A stretch of DNA of 64,000 bases, from NCBI GenBank assembly GCA_002269645.1, contig NIVC01000180.1:620001-684000 (forward strand), written 5' to 3'. The translations under genes were made by a program, and so were the position numbers. This DNA comes from Macrostomum lignano (Eukaryota). Shown here piece by piece: positions 11,656-31,139 of the stretch (within the stretch, counting starts at the first letter, position 1; each line of letters begins with the position of its first letter). The notes beneath the pieces were generated by a model. It was given only the letters and a program-made list of their open reading frames with translations. It was not told the origin of the DNA and searched no databases.

Positions 11656-12964
11656 CCAGAGCAATGCACCAAAGCCGAGGACTCAACCAGTCTTCAACCC
11701 CTCGGGTCGAGTTCCTTCCATTATCAGAATCAAATTCGCCCAAATCCCGCAGCGCAGGCCGGGAATTCCCTCATCTGGAATCAAATTCGCGCCCGCCTGC
11801 TCAGAGGCTGCAGCTCGGCAAATGAAATCCCCGCCCCGCAGGAAATAATTTGCACTGAATTCCCAGTTCCATACAGCCAGGCTGCAGATGCTGACAAGCG
11901 GCAAAGGTGAGAAATGATTTTGGTACAGTTCGAGAGCAAACAAAGTGAAGTGGCCGCCCCCGTCTGTCTGCAGGCGGCGCCCGCATGCCCGGAAGCGGCT
12001 CCCCTGTTCGCCCCTCTTCCTGCGTGCGCCTCCCTTTCCCCCGGCTCGGGTACGCACCGCCCTCAAGGTTGCTTGCTTGCTTGCTCCTAGAAGCAGCAGC
12101 AGAACTCGCTGCACAGAATGACTGACTGACTGGCCGAACTGCAGATGCCCGGCAACTGAAATCCCCGCATGGTCCCTCTGTGGTCCTGGGGATTTCAGTC
12201 CCATCGCTCCCAGCCTCGCAGCTTCATCCTTTATCCGCGCAAAGCCCCCCCGGCCACTCCACTATCAGGCTGGCCGCAGCTCCCTGATGCCGCCGCAGCC
12301 TCCGCTTACAAACTTTCCAAACTCTTCCCGCCGCAGCTAGCAGACCGGGGCCTCTCCGCCCAGCCTCCGCTGTTCCTCATCGGCATTCCGATGGCTTAGC
12401 GGCCAGCGGCGGTTGGGCTCGCTTTGTGCACAGCCCGCATGTACGGATTGCCGAAGCGCAGCTCTGTCGGTCCCGCTTATCTACGGGCCTGTTCAGCTCC
12501 AGCCAGCCGCTAAATTGCCGCTAAAGCTGCACGGGATATTTTAGGAAGCCAAATTGCATGCTCAGAGGTATAAAAAAGTGCTTTTCAAAATCCTCTAAGC
12601 TCCGCGCCAGTTTCAGCAGCATGTCTGCCTTCCTGTTTCTCTGTCCCTCCATTCTGCCCCGGCCTCCGTTTTCTCAATGCGCGCGGAAAATCCGGCCGGC
12701 TTTGTCTTCCCGTTCATATTTCCCGCTATCTGTCGGCTTTTCCCATTTCTTCTACCCCCCCCCCCCTCTAGATTCTCCGCTCCCTCCGCACGCTCACAAC
12801 CCCTGCCGGCCCAGCCTATCGCCTCTCTTCTGCCCCTCTCTTTCTCGCCCTCTCGCCCCGGCGTGTCCGGCCTTTTTAGCTACCGGGGCCTGCAGCTGTT
12901 GGAGGCAGAGTCCTCATCCGGCACCCAGTCGCCTTCAGCTGAAGTTGCCGCCGTCGCCGCCGCC

Positions 12965-19018
<6,054 letters not shown>

Positions 19019-19925
19019 TCTGGGACTCCGGTATCATCTATCTGGGATTTGTGGCACTGCTGCTATGTGGGGCGTTATTCAATGTACTTTTTAGTCAACT
19101 AAATCTGAGCTCATACTTTCACTTGACCAGCCGAATGGTTGAATGCTTTGTTTATAAATCTATAGCAGCACAGCAGGCCGCTGCCAAATCTTGTCAGTTG
19201 AGAGTTTGTGCGGCTTTCTAAGAAATCTGCGTCTATGATATTTTGTTAGATAAGTCTTTGTTTCAATTGAGTCTCGGTCTTTGTTGTTTTCAAGCCTGCA
19301 GCGGCACATATTTTGGCTTGTCTAGTCCGTGGGTTGCATATCATTTGAAGGTCGCGGAGGACTTGCCACATCGCCTGCGGTCATGCTGAAGCAGCCTCTT
19401 GCAGTTTACATGTAGCCCACGTGCTTTTTGTACCAGTCTAATTTTCCTTGTTTGCAACTTTATTAAATTGTAAAAACTTTTCTTGCAGGGCGGAACATTA
19501 AATCGTCCGTAGCGTTCGTGCTTTATGAAACTCACTCGAAATTGGCGACCACCAAAACTTCGTATGTTCTTTCTATCAGTTCTATTAGTACATGTCTAAC
19601 GACTGGAAAGTCAGGGCCTCTGTAAACCACCTTCCTGTGATTATTAAGAATATCAATATTAATATTAGCCTGTCAGTAAACAAACTGGCACAATGGACTA
19701 TCTAGAACTGAAGGCTGATCTGGGCCAGCCAATATGGGCGGCATTTCAATGGAGTAATTAAAGTGCCAAAATCGGCATCACCTCCACTGAGATTGAGAGG
19801 TCAATTATGTCTCCTGAGTTTCGCCTCAAAGACTGAGAGTTGGGATCTTTGACTGCCACATCAATTTAGACTTCAAAGACTGCTCATTAAGATGGATATC
19901 CAGTCCCGGGTATTGGAAGCTCAGC

Positions 19926-22829
19926 TTAGCTGATGAGGCGGCCCCGGTCCAGCATCTCATCAGCTATCACCGGCCGGGCGACACGAGCATCCGGCAGTCT
20001 TAATGAGTTTTGCTGGCCGACAGTTAATATTCTCCCAGTGCCTTTCTGGCGCTCCCAGGGCCTTGGAGACGCTCGGACTCTGCACTCAATTCTTTGGGTT
20101 GAAGCAGCACCGCCTTGCAGTAGCAGAAGGCGCGTCAATGTGAACGCCCGAGACCGATGCACCGGCCTGCGCCAAGGAGATCTTGAGCTAGAGCCTGGAT
20201 TGGGTGTCCGAGACCGATGCACCGGCCTGCGCCAAGGAGATCTTGAGCTAGAGCCTGGATTGGGTGCCCGAGACCGATGCACCGGCCTGCGCCAAGGAGA
20301 TCTTGAGCTAGAGCCTGGATTGGGTGCCCGAGACCGATGCACCGGCCTGCGCCAAGGAGATCTTGAGCTAGAGCCTGGATTGGGTGCCCGAGAGCGATGC
20401 ACTGGCCAGCCAAGCAAGGAAAATGCAACCTCATTGTCAAGCGACATCCAACCTCATTGTCAAAGGACATCCAACTTCCTTGTCAAGAGACATCCAACCT
20501 CATTGTCAAAGGACATCCAACCTCATTGTCAAGGGACACCCAACCTCATTGTCAAGTAGCATCCAACCTCATTGTCAAGGGACACCAACCTCATTGTCAA
20601 AGGACACCCAACCTCATTGTCAAAGGACACCCAACCTCATTGTCAAGGGACACCCAACCTCAATTTTAAGTAGAATTCAACCTCATTGTCAAGTAGCATC
20701 CAACCTCATTGTCAAAGGACATCCAACCTCATTGTCAAAGGACACCCAACCTCATTGTCAAAGGACACCCAACCTCATTGTCAAGGGACACCCAACCTCA
20801 TTGTCAAGTAGCATCCAACCTCATTGTCAAGGGACACCAACCTCATTGTCAAAGGACACCCAACCTCATTGTCAAAGGACACCCAACCTCATTGTCAAGG
20901 GACACCCAACCTCATTGTCAAGTAGCATCCAACCTCATTGTCAAGGGACACCAACCTCATTGTCAAGGGACATCCAACCTCATTGTCAAGGGACACCAAC
21001 CTCATTGTCAAGGGACACCCAACCTCATTGTCAAGTAGCATCCAACCTCATTGTCAAGGGACACCAACCTCATTGTCAAGGGACACCCAACCTCATTGTC
21101 AAGTAGCATCCAACCTCATTGTCAAGGGACACCAACCTCATTGTCAAGTAGCATCCAACCTCATTGTCAAGGGACACCAACCTCATTGTCAAGGGACACC
21201 CAACCTCATTGTCAAGTAGCATCCAACCTCATTGTCAAGTAGCATCCAACCTCATTGTCAAGGGACACCAACCTCATTGTCAAGGGACATCCAACCTCAT
21301 TGTCAAGGGACACCCAACCTCATTGTCAAGGGACATCCAACCTTATTGTCAAGTAGCCTCCAACCTCATTGTCAAAGGACATCCAGCCTCAGCCTTTTTG
21401 CTGTCCTTTGAGACCGGAAAATCAAAGGTGCGGCTATAGAACTGACTTCTTCAGGGTTTCTCCTTGCCTCAGCCACCACTGGCAGAGAACGCGAGACTCT
21501 GCCGCCTTGTAGTGGAATCCAGGCCCCACACCACGGTCCCCCAGAAGCCAGGCTCCGGTATGTCAGAGCGGATCGCCGCAGATAACAAATAGACGTGGTT
21601 GGAGTGAAAGCGCGCGGGATCCAGTGGGAGATAAACGCGCCGATCGGAGAGGGGATCAGGGGACGCAGGATCCGCGAGTTGACTAAATTGGCCTCCCAGC
21701 CTCCTAGCTGCATCGCACCGGGGCCACGAAGTCCACTTTGTTGGCCGGCAAGCTGCCGGTTGCCCCGACCTGCTTTCCAATTAGTTCTGTGCCGCCCAAC
21801 ACGCAGCTTACGCACTGCCAGTCACCCTCAGTCCTGCCCGACCGCCTGCTGCTCTTCATTGGTCATAAATTTGGTCGATGGAGTTCCAATCCATAACTCT
21901 TCTGCAGCTTTCCAGGATGCACTTTTTCAGTCCTATAGGCTTGAAATTCTCTAAGGTACTACTGGCCTGTCGCAATGAAGTCAGCAAAGCTTCTGTAGAC
22001 TTTATGACCTACAGTTATTTGCACAATACTTGAGATAGACTAGCAATCCAATCCAAAGTCTGCCCTCGGTCGGAGCTTTTCATGGCTTTAATCTCGATTT
22101 GATTTTGAATTCCTGTCAATCATTTCGCCCCGATGCTATCAAGGCATACGAGCTAGCTTTCCTTAATATATGAATTGGGAACGTAAAACTGAGAAAGAAG
22201 TTTTCAACCCGCATTTAACTTTGACCCGTCCTTTGAGCCGTCCTCTGGGCTCTAAAAGGGAAGTTTTTACAACTCAAAACTCGAGAGCGGCTTCAACTTC
22301 GGGCTCCGCTTCAGCGCTTCACTTGACATCCACTTTTTAGATAGATGATGATAGTCTGCATCGCTTTGCTCTACTGTCAGTAGCAAGTGACAGGTCTGGC
22401 AGAGCCTGAACGACTGGATCAGGCAAATCCTGTACTCGTTTACGCAATACCGCAGCACTGAGTCTGCACCCGGTTAACAAGATCATTAGCAGAAACTCTC
22501 ACACAAGAAAGTCGCAGCATGCAGTGGCGCGGCGGCTCATCTTGCCAGCGAGATTTCCCAGAACTTACCGGAGCAGAGACAGAGGAGCCCGCCCAGAACA
22601 GGCGCCGGTGCCGCTGGCCTAATTGGCGCGGCCGAACCTCCCCCCACACCTCTCCTGCCCGGCTCGAGTGCCGGGACTGACGCGACTCACCTGGAACCTG
22701 CCGGCCCGCAGAACTCGCCAGCTAATGAGAACACGGAGCCGAGCTGATGGCCCAATGCCAGGTCGAGTGCGTGGCAACTGCGAAATCCGTCTGGCGGGGC
22801 GGTCAGCCACCGTGCAGCCCGTTGCAGCG
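19926..22829 (-). CDS. Tentative 3' part of an unknown multi-exon gene; candidate exons 22829-22691, 22618-22569, 21769-21477, 20401-19926
   Basis: Donors GTGAGT (22690), GTAAGT (22568) and a weak GTGGCT (21476), with CAG/TAG acceptors. Phases 0/2/1 chain into one open frame ending at TAA 19926-19928. No family confidently recognised. Confidence 0.35.
20148..20401. repeat. 60-bp tandem repeat, ~4.2 copies
   Basis: Unit CGAGACCGATGCACCGGCCTGCGCCAAGGAGATCTTGAGCTAGAGCCTGGATTGGGTGCC. Confidence 0.95.
20425..21380. repeat. 22-23 bp minisatellite, ~42 copies, with three interleaved variants
   Basis: Core CAACCTCATTGTCAA followed by GGGACACC(C), AGGACA(T/C)CC or GTAGCATC. Confidence 0.95.
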
Positions 22830-22944
22830 CTGAGGGATGAGCTCCAATTATTTTATTTTCTCAACAGAATCGCTTTGCAGTAATCTCAGTCTGATGCGCT
22901 CTGCGGCGAGCCCTGCAATCCGGCCTCTACCGCTGTTCTCTGTG

Positions 22945-22957
22945 CACAGATAGACAA

Positions 22958-23036
<79 letters not shown>

Positions 23037-23055
23037 CACAGACAGACAGACAGAA

Positions 23056-23092
<37 letters not shown>

Positions 23093-23213
23093 CACAGACA
23101 GACACACAGACAGACAGACACACACACAGACACTAAGACAGACAGACAGACAGACAGACAGACACACAGACAGACAGACAGATAGACAGACAGACAGACA
23201 GACAGACACACAC

Positions 23214-23256
<43 letters not shown>
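22945..23256. repeat. (GACA)n microsatellite
   Basis: Imperfect GACA run with CACA and CACTAAGACA variants. Confidence 0.97.
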
Positions 23257-26200
23257 ATCTTCAAGCAGTGAACTCAACCCGATAAGGATAATTTAACTTC
23301 CAGGTCACTCAGTACCATTCCATGAATTTTTTTTGAAATCTAAAATCGATCATTTCTGAGCAAAGCTCAGAAAAACTCAAAAGCCTCTTGAGTGAAGTTA
23401 AGTGCATTCTCCGACTGAATTCTTGTCTGAGCAGTGGGAACACCGAAGTTCAATTTTGTAGAGTCGAGTTTTGGGTTTCGTACTTTTTGCTGAGCCTGAA
23501 TCAAGCAGCTTATCGTGTGTCCGGGCACAGTTCAGCATGGGGCCATAGTCTGAGAGAGGCCTTTACAAGGGTGAAGCGGCTTCGAATTCCTTGCTTGGTA
23601 ATTTTTCCGACTTTGAAAATTCAGTTTTTCAACCTGCCCGGACAGGCATTTCATTGTTGTCCATGGTTTTCCATACGCTCCGACTTATTCCAAAGTCTTA
23701 AAATTTGCAGTCGTTTCCAACGGCTTATTGAAGTCTCGTCGAAATTCCATGACATTTCAATTTGCCACGACGTTTCAATGCGGGTGAGCAGTAAGATATA
23801 AAGTAATCCTTCGCATGGCCTCCCTATAAGAAGTGACAATCTGTCGCAACTCATTTGTTTGTCCTTCTCTCAAATCAGACTATGAGTCGTGAGAGTGCTC
23901 CAACTCAGCTCTGCGCCCGTGCAACTCGAGGCCGCTGGTCGAGCCTCGCATAGCGTCTATTTGGACTCGAGCTGCAATGATCAAAGACGCTATTGGGCCT
24001 GTATTGCCCCCCTTTCCCCTGCCTCTTTCCGCTCCTTATCGCCCCTCTCCAGCCCCGGGGAGAGCGCGGCTTCCTCTGAATGCAAATGAGGCGCCGTCAG
24101 CTCCTGCGACGAATTCATTCCACGGCGCGGGCAATAATTAACACTTCAGCGAGGCTCGAGGCTCCCCTGAATTGGGAAGTTGGAGAGAAGGCCCCGAGGA
24201 GGGCTTCCCAGCGGATCCTGAGAGCCAACCGTTTGCTATTAAGAATAGTGAAATTGCGGACTGTCAGTTGAGATCAACAGACTGAAGGCTTGCCGTAGGT
24301 TCTCCGTGTTCTCGAGCATGTCATATCGGTGTGGGTAGCAACTCCACGGTGGATTATTGTCTACTGCTATATGCGCGTCATCAGATAGTTGGGAATTTGT
24401 ACGAACGCAATACGTCCAGAAAGTACGTCATGCTGCTTTCACCAAACGGTAATAGGCTGAGAATGACGAACACGAGACTCATTTGCCAGGTCTTGTCCGC
24501 TTGAGTCAGTTCGTGTTCATTTGCCCCCTGCTCTACTCTGAGATTTTCCCGATTTTCCCCCCACAATGAGTGACTCTGATGATGACGCCTACCGTATAAC
24601 TAGCTTCAGTAGAAGCCGCGCTGCACTTTTCCCGCTTGACCACCTCGACCTCAGAACTGCTGGCCGGTCCCAAAGGACCCGCTTGAAGTGGCTTTTTCTT
24701 TCAAAAATCCACAAACAGCTGCTGTGCGATCGATCGGGTTTCTCTGGAATGTGAAAGCAGCTTTCTAATCGGAGGTGCTGCCTCTTTGCATCGCATTGTT
24801 CGCTTGTCGCAGTTTCCCAGTACCTTCAACCGTGCTGACAAGATTAACAGTACAACACGGGTCGATCCATCCAGGTGGGATGGAAAACTGACTGTCCGAA
24901 CTTCAATCGCTGCAAGGATACGAGAACTTGACAACCGCGCTACAACTGCTTCTGGCTTTCGAAGTTGTGTACTTACTATATTGCCACCGATACAGAAGAG
25001 TAACAGACAGAATTGGAACATCCTTTGATGCTAACTTGGCGCTTGCGAGTGTGAACCAGTAGACAAGGACCGACTGAATTGAAGTCTGCTAGTTGAACTC
25101 TTTTGCTAACTGCATCTTCTTGCTGAGTCTTAATAGTTCCTCGTGTTTTAATTGGATACATTTTCTACAGTTCGAGATTTAAAGTCTTTGCGGCCGACTT
25201 CGTCACCTTCATACTCCAGCAAGAACGTTCTGGAAAACTGGAAAACGGAAAACTGAAGGCTTGTTATTTCGAACAGGGTGCTCGGTAAGGCTCGGAATAT
25301 GGTGATATTCCGATCATCCAGTTTCTCCAGTCTTCAGCATAAAACTGAGTCAAGCGGTGTTGAGCATCAAATCATAAGCATGCAACATGCAATCTTGATG
25401 TGCTGAAACTGGAGAATACTTGTTGGGGTCAGCGAGGTCGCTCGTGTCTCTTACTTTGTTGCAGAAATTCGACCAGCGTATTTTCACGCCTGGGCGCGCA
25501 ATTTCCGTGGCTCCGACAATCAACTTCGCTTCTCTCGGGGGGTTGGGCGAGGGTGTGTCCGTCAGGGTTCTTCCATGACACTCCGCGTGTCTCTCTCAAA
25601 CTCCTGCAATGCAGTAGAATTTCTAGTCAAGCAGCACGGATATCGAGTGCACCGCCAGCTCGCCTCAGTGGGCACGAAATTCGACAGGCAGCCTCCCACT
25701 TCCAGCTCGCATCCAGTGGCAATAAATGCTTGAGTCGGGAGCGGCTCCCTCTCTCTCTTTTCTGGCTCTATCGCAGATACATGCTTGATGAAACATTGGC
25801 CCAAAATGCAACTCAACCGAGAAGTTCGTTCGATACGATGCTAGAGAGGTTGAGCTAAGAAGGAAATTCGCTCAGCTAAGACTGTCGTTTGACCGCTGGT
25901 ACTTGATGTACAAGCCGGTCTATGAAGGCCAAATGCCGAGGAAAAGCGCCGGATCGGGCGCTACTTTCAAGTAACAAAGGAAATACAGGAAAATGATGGA
26001 AAGTATGGAAATTGTACTTTGTTCTAAAAAAATCATTTAACGAGTAGTCATCAGTTTTCCAAGTTGCTATAAGCGTTGGCCACCCTAAGGCAGACTGTCA
26101 ATGCGAGACGATGTCATAAATTAGTAACGAAGCTGAGTTCATGAGTAAAACTAGACTGCGGCTGTCACTAGGGTGCACTGAGCATCGGTACTGCAGGTGG

Positions 26201-26610
26201 GCGCTGGTCCCGGCAGTTATTCAGCTCTGATAGATGAAGCAGCCGTCACAATCGCGCATGTATCTGTCACAGCATCTGACACATTTTCCAGTGACTATCC
26301 TCCTTATCTGTCTTGGAATGAGGACTCTGAGTCCACCCCAGAGTCCATCGCCAGCCTTATAATTAGCAGGCAGATCGCGGAACTCCCACTGCCAGGGAAT
26401 TTGGCCGAAGTTGATTGATTCGCTCGCGCATCTGCGAGGCTTGGGCGGCATGAAAAGTCGTGCAGCTCAGACTGGGGCGCCAGCGCAGCAGACTTGCACT
26501 GCTAGGAATTCAGAAAGTAGGTCGGTCAGACTTGCACGGCTTCCAATCAAATTGTCTTTCGCGGCTCCCTCGTATTCCTTGCGTATTTACTCGACTTTCA
26601 TTGTAATCTG

Positions 26611-26815
26611 AGCGATTTCCGATGCATTAGAGGCGCGATTTCCGATGCATTAGAGGCGATTTCTGATGCATTAGAGGCGCGATTTCCGATGCATTAGAGG
26701 CGCGATTTCCGATGCATTAGAGGCGATTTCCGATGCATTAGAGGCGATTTCCGATGCATTAGAGGCGATTTTCGACGCATTAGGGGCGACTTTCAATGCA
26801 TTAGGTGCGATTTCC
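26611..26815. repeat. 21/23-bp minisatellite, ~9 copies
   Basis: Unit G(CG)CGATTTCCGATGCATTAGAG. Confidence 0.92.
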
Positions 26816-27227
26816 GAGGCCACTTATACCCACAGTGCTTAGAGCCGCCTTGCAGTCCCCCACATTAGTGCTCACCTCATCAAAACCAAGCGACCTTTAA
26901 ATTTCCTTGCCTTGAAGCTATGCATCAAAATTTTCAAGCCAGAATCCCAATAGAAGATTAATATTATTTTGAGCCCGACGCATCGAAAACTTTGGATGGT
27001 TGCCTTGCCAACAACGGCAATAAATTACCCGGCTGGGTTTTTTTCAGAGCAGTCTGCAAATTTTGAGTTCATTCTGCAGGCAGACAATTTTCCTTTCGTC
27101 ACCTTTTTAGCTAAAAATTTCCTTAAGCTGCAGACAGACAAGAGACAGTGAGCACACAGACACAGCTCCTCCCTGCTTGGGCGTAGTACCCGGTAGTTTA
27201 ACGGTAAAAAGACCTTACACAGCATAC

Positions 27228-30200
27228 TCGTAAACACACCTCTCCGCTGCAGAATGCATAAACACACCTCTCCGCTGCAGACAGCATAAACACACCTCTC
27301 CACTGCAGACAGCATAAACACACCTCTCCACTGCAGACAGCATAAACACACCTCTCCACTGCAGACAGCATAAACACACCTCTCCACTGCAGACAGCATA
27401 AACACACCTCTCCACTGCAGACAGCATAAACACACCTCTTCACTGCAGACAGCATAAACACACCTCTCCACTGCAGACAGCATAAACACACCTCTCCACT
27501 GCAGACAGCATAAACACACCTCTCCACTGCAGACAGAATAAACACACCTCTCCACTGCATCCGCTGCAGACAGCATAAACACACCTCTCCACTGCAGACA
27601 GCATAAACACACCTCTCCACTGGAGACAGCATAAACACACCTCTCCACTGCATCCGCTGCAGACAGCATAAACACACCTCTCCACTGCAGACAGCATAAA
27701 CACACCTCTCTCTCCGCTGCAGACAGAATAAACACACCTCTCCACTGCAGACAGCATAAACACACCTCTTCACTGCAGACAGCATAAACACACCTCTCCA
27801 CTGCAGACAGCATAAACACACCTCTCCACTGCAGACAGCATAAACACACCTCTCCACTGCAGACAGCATAAACACACCTCTCCACTGCAGACAGCATAAA
27901 CACACCTCTCCACTGCAGACAGCATAAACACACCTCCCCGCTGCAGACAGAATAAACACACCTCTCCACTGCAGACAGCATAAACACACCTCTCCACTGC
28001 AGACAGCATAAACACACCTCTCCACTGCAGACAGAATAAACACACCTCTCCACTGCAGACAGAATAAACACACCTCTCCACTGCATCCGCTGCAGACAGA
28101 ATAAACACACCTCTCCTCATTGGAGACAGCATAAACACACCTCTCCACTGCAGACAGCATAAACACACCTCTCCACTGCAGACAGCATAAACACACCTCT
28201 CCACTGCAGACAGCATAAACACACCTCTCCACTGCATCCGCTGCAGACAGCATAAACACACCTCTCCACTGCAGACAGCATAAACACACCTCTCCACTGC
28301 AGACAGCATAAACACACCTCTCCACTGCAGACAGCATAAACACACCTCTCCACTGCAGACAGCATAAACACACCTCTCCACTGCAGACAGCATAAACACA
28401 CCTCTCCACTGCAGACAGCATAAACACACCTCTCCACTGCAGACAGCATAAACACACCTCTCCACTGCAGACAGCATAAACACACCTCTCCACTGCAGAC
28501 AGAATAAACACACCTCCCCGCTGCAGACAGAATAAACACACCTCTCTCTCCGCTGCAGACAGGATAAACACACCTCTCCGCTGCAGACAGCATAAACACA
28601 CCTCTCCACTGCAGACAGCATAAACACACCTCTCCACTGCAGACAGCATAAACACACCTCTCCACTGCAGACAGAATAAACACACCTCTCCACTGCAGAC
28701 AGCATAAACACACCTCTCCACTGCAGACAGCATAAACACACCTCTCCACTGCAGACAGCATAAACACACCTCTCCACTGCAGACAGCATAAACACACCTC
28801 TCCACTGCAGACAGCATAAACACACCTCTCCACTGCAGACAGCATAAACACACCTCTCCACTGCAGACAGCATAAACACACCTCTCCACTGCAGACAGCA
28901 TAAACACACCTCTCCACTGCAGACAGCATAAACACACCTCTCCACTGCAGACAGCATAAACACACCTCTCCACTGCAGACAGCATAAACACACCTCTCCA
29001 CTGCAGACAGCATAAACACACCTCTCCACTGCAGACAGCATAAACACACCTCTCCACTGCAGACAGCATAAACACACCTCTCCACTGCAGACAGCATAAA
29101 CACACCTCTCCACTGCAGACAGCATAAACACACCTCTCCACTGCAGACAAAATAAACACACCTCCCCGCTGCAGACAGAATAAACACACCTCTCTCTCCG
29201 CTGCAGACAGGATAAACACACCTCTCCGCTGCAGACAGCATAAACACACCTCTCCACTGCAGACAGCATAAACACACCTCTCCACTGCAGACAGCATAAA
29301 CACACCTCTCCGCTGCAGACAGCATAAACACACCTCTCCGCTGCAGACAGCATAAACACACCTCTCCGCTGCAGACAGCATAAACACACCTCTCCGCTGC
29401 AGACAGCATAAACACACCTCTCCACTGCAGACAGAATAAACACACCTCCCCGCTGCAGACAGAATAAACACACCTCTCCACTGCAGACAGAATAAACACA
29501 CCTCTCCGCTGCAGACAGGATAAACACACCTCTCCACTGCAGACAGAATAAACACACCTCTCCACTGCAGACAGAATAAACACACCTCTCCGCTGCAGAC
29601 AGGATAAACACACCTCTCCACTGCAGACAGAATAAACACACCTCCCCGCTGCAGACAGAATAAACACACCTCTCTCTCCGCTGCAGACAGGATAAACACA
29701 CCTCTCTCTCCGCTGCAGACAGGATAAACACACCTCTCTCTCCGCTGCAGACAGGATAAACACACCTCTCTCTCCGCTGCAGACAGCATAAACACACCTC
29801 TCCACTGCAGACAGAATAAACACACCTCCCCGCTGCAGACAGAATAAACACACCTCTCCACTGCAGACAGAATAAACACACCTCTCCGCTGCAGACAGGA
29901 TAAACACACCTCTCCACTGCAGACAGAATAAACACACCTCTCCGCTGCAGACAGAATAAACACACCTCTCTCTCCGCTGCAGACAGGATAAACACACCTC
30001 TCTCTCCGCTGCAGACAGGATAAACACACCTCTCTCTCCGCTGCAGACAGGATAAACACACCTCACCGCTGCAGACAGCGTAAACACACCTCACCGCTGC
30101 AGACAGCGTAAACACACCTCACCGCTGCAGACAGCGTAAACACACCTCTCGCCTGAGATAGGATAAACACACCTCCCCGCTGCAGACAGCGTAAACACAC

Positions 30201-30595
30201 CTCACCGCTGCAGACAGCGTAAACACACCTCTCGCCTGAAATAGGATAAACACACCTCCCCGCTGCAGACAGGATAAACACACCTCTCCGCTGCAGACAG
30301 AATAAACACACCTCTCCGCTGCAGACAGGATAAACACACCTCTCCGCTGCAGACAGGATAAACACACCTCCCCGCTGCAGACAGGATAAACACACCTCAC
30401 CGCTGCAGACAGCGTAAACACACCTTCCCGCTGCAGACAGGATAAACACACCTCTCCGCTGCAGACAGAATAAACACACCTCTCGCCTGAGATAGGATAA
30501 ACACACCTCCCCGCTGCAGACAGGATAAACACACCTCTCCGCTGCAGACAGAATAAACACACCTCTCCGCTGCAGACAGCGTATACACACCTCTG
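27228..30595. repeat. 28-bp satellite, ~120 copies
   Basis: Unit TAAACACACCTCTCC(A/G)CTGCAGACAG(C/A/G)A; variant usage shifts along the array. Confidence 0.98.
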
Positions 30596-31139
30596 CACAG
30601 CACGCCTAATTGGAATCGTTAAGTGTCAGAGCGATGACCTCAGCAGTTGGGTGGCAGACGCTGTTCGGGCGCGCTTCCGCCTGAAGATGACCCTATAGCT
30701 CTTCTTTGCGGGTTGCCCAGACTCCCTCATCTCTTCCTCTCTTCCTCCCTCTCCAGACACAGGGCTGCAAGAGTCCCTGAGCCAAGGCAACGCGTCATTA
30801 TCAATTTTTTCTTATCTCTCAAAATCTTATTTTTTTCGAGGGTGGCATTTTCGTGTGGAACTGTCGGCAACACCGGGGAATCAAATACTTAATTTGGCCA
30901 TAATAAATATATATTTAGCACTGAGCGCAAATTCTATTTTGAAGCTTGTATAAACAAAGCTTATTTGCTAGCTAAAGCTAATTAATTCCCACATGGCGAA
31001 GGCGTTGCCTTTACAAATGCATGAATTGAACCGAATTTTATGCCAGACTCTCGTACCACGACCCCTGCTTCGATTCCGGTGACCTTTTTACGAGCTGATT
31101 TTGGGATTTGGTTAGGACTGCTTTAGGAGCAGCCCATCC

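Noticed and set aside
24380-26600. Scattered 60-150 aa ORFs possibly from a decayed transposase or gene
   Set aside because: No motif recognised and no consistent splice chain found by eye; needs TBLASTX/HMM.
27025-30603. Long Cys-rich ORFs (up to 953 aa) on the minus strand
   Set aside because: Produced by a stop-free strand of the 28-bp satellite cycling through frames; no unique domain or codon-level divergence.
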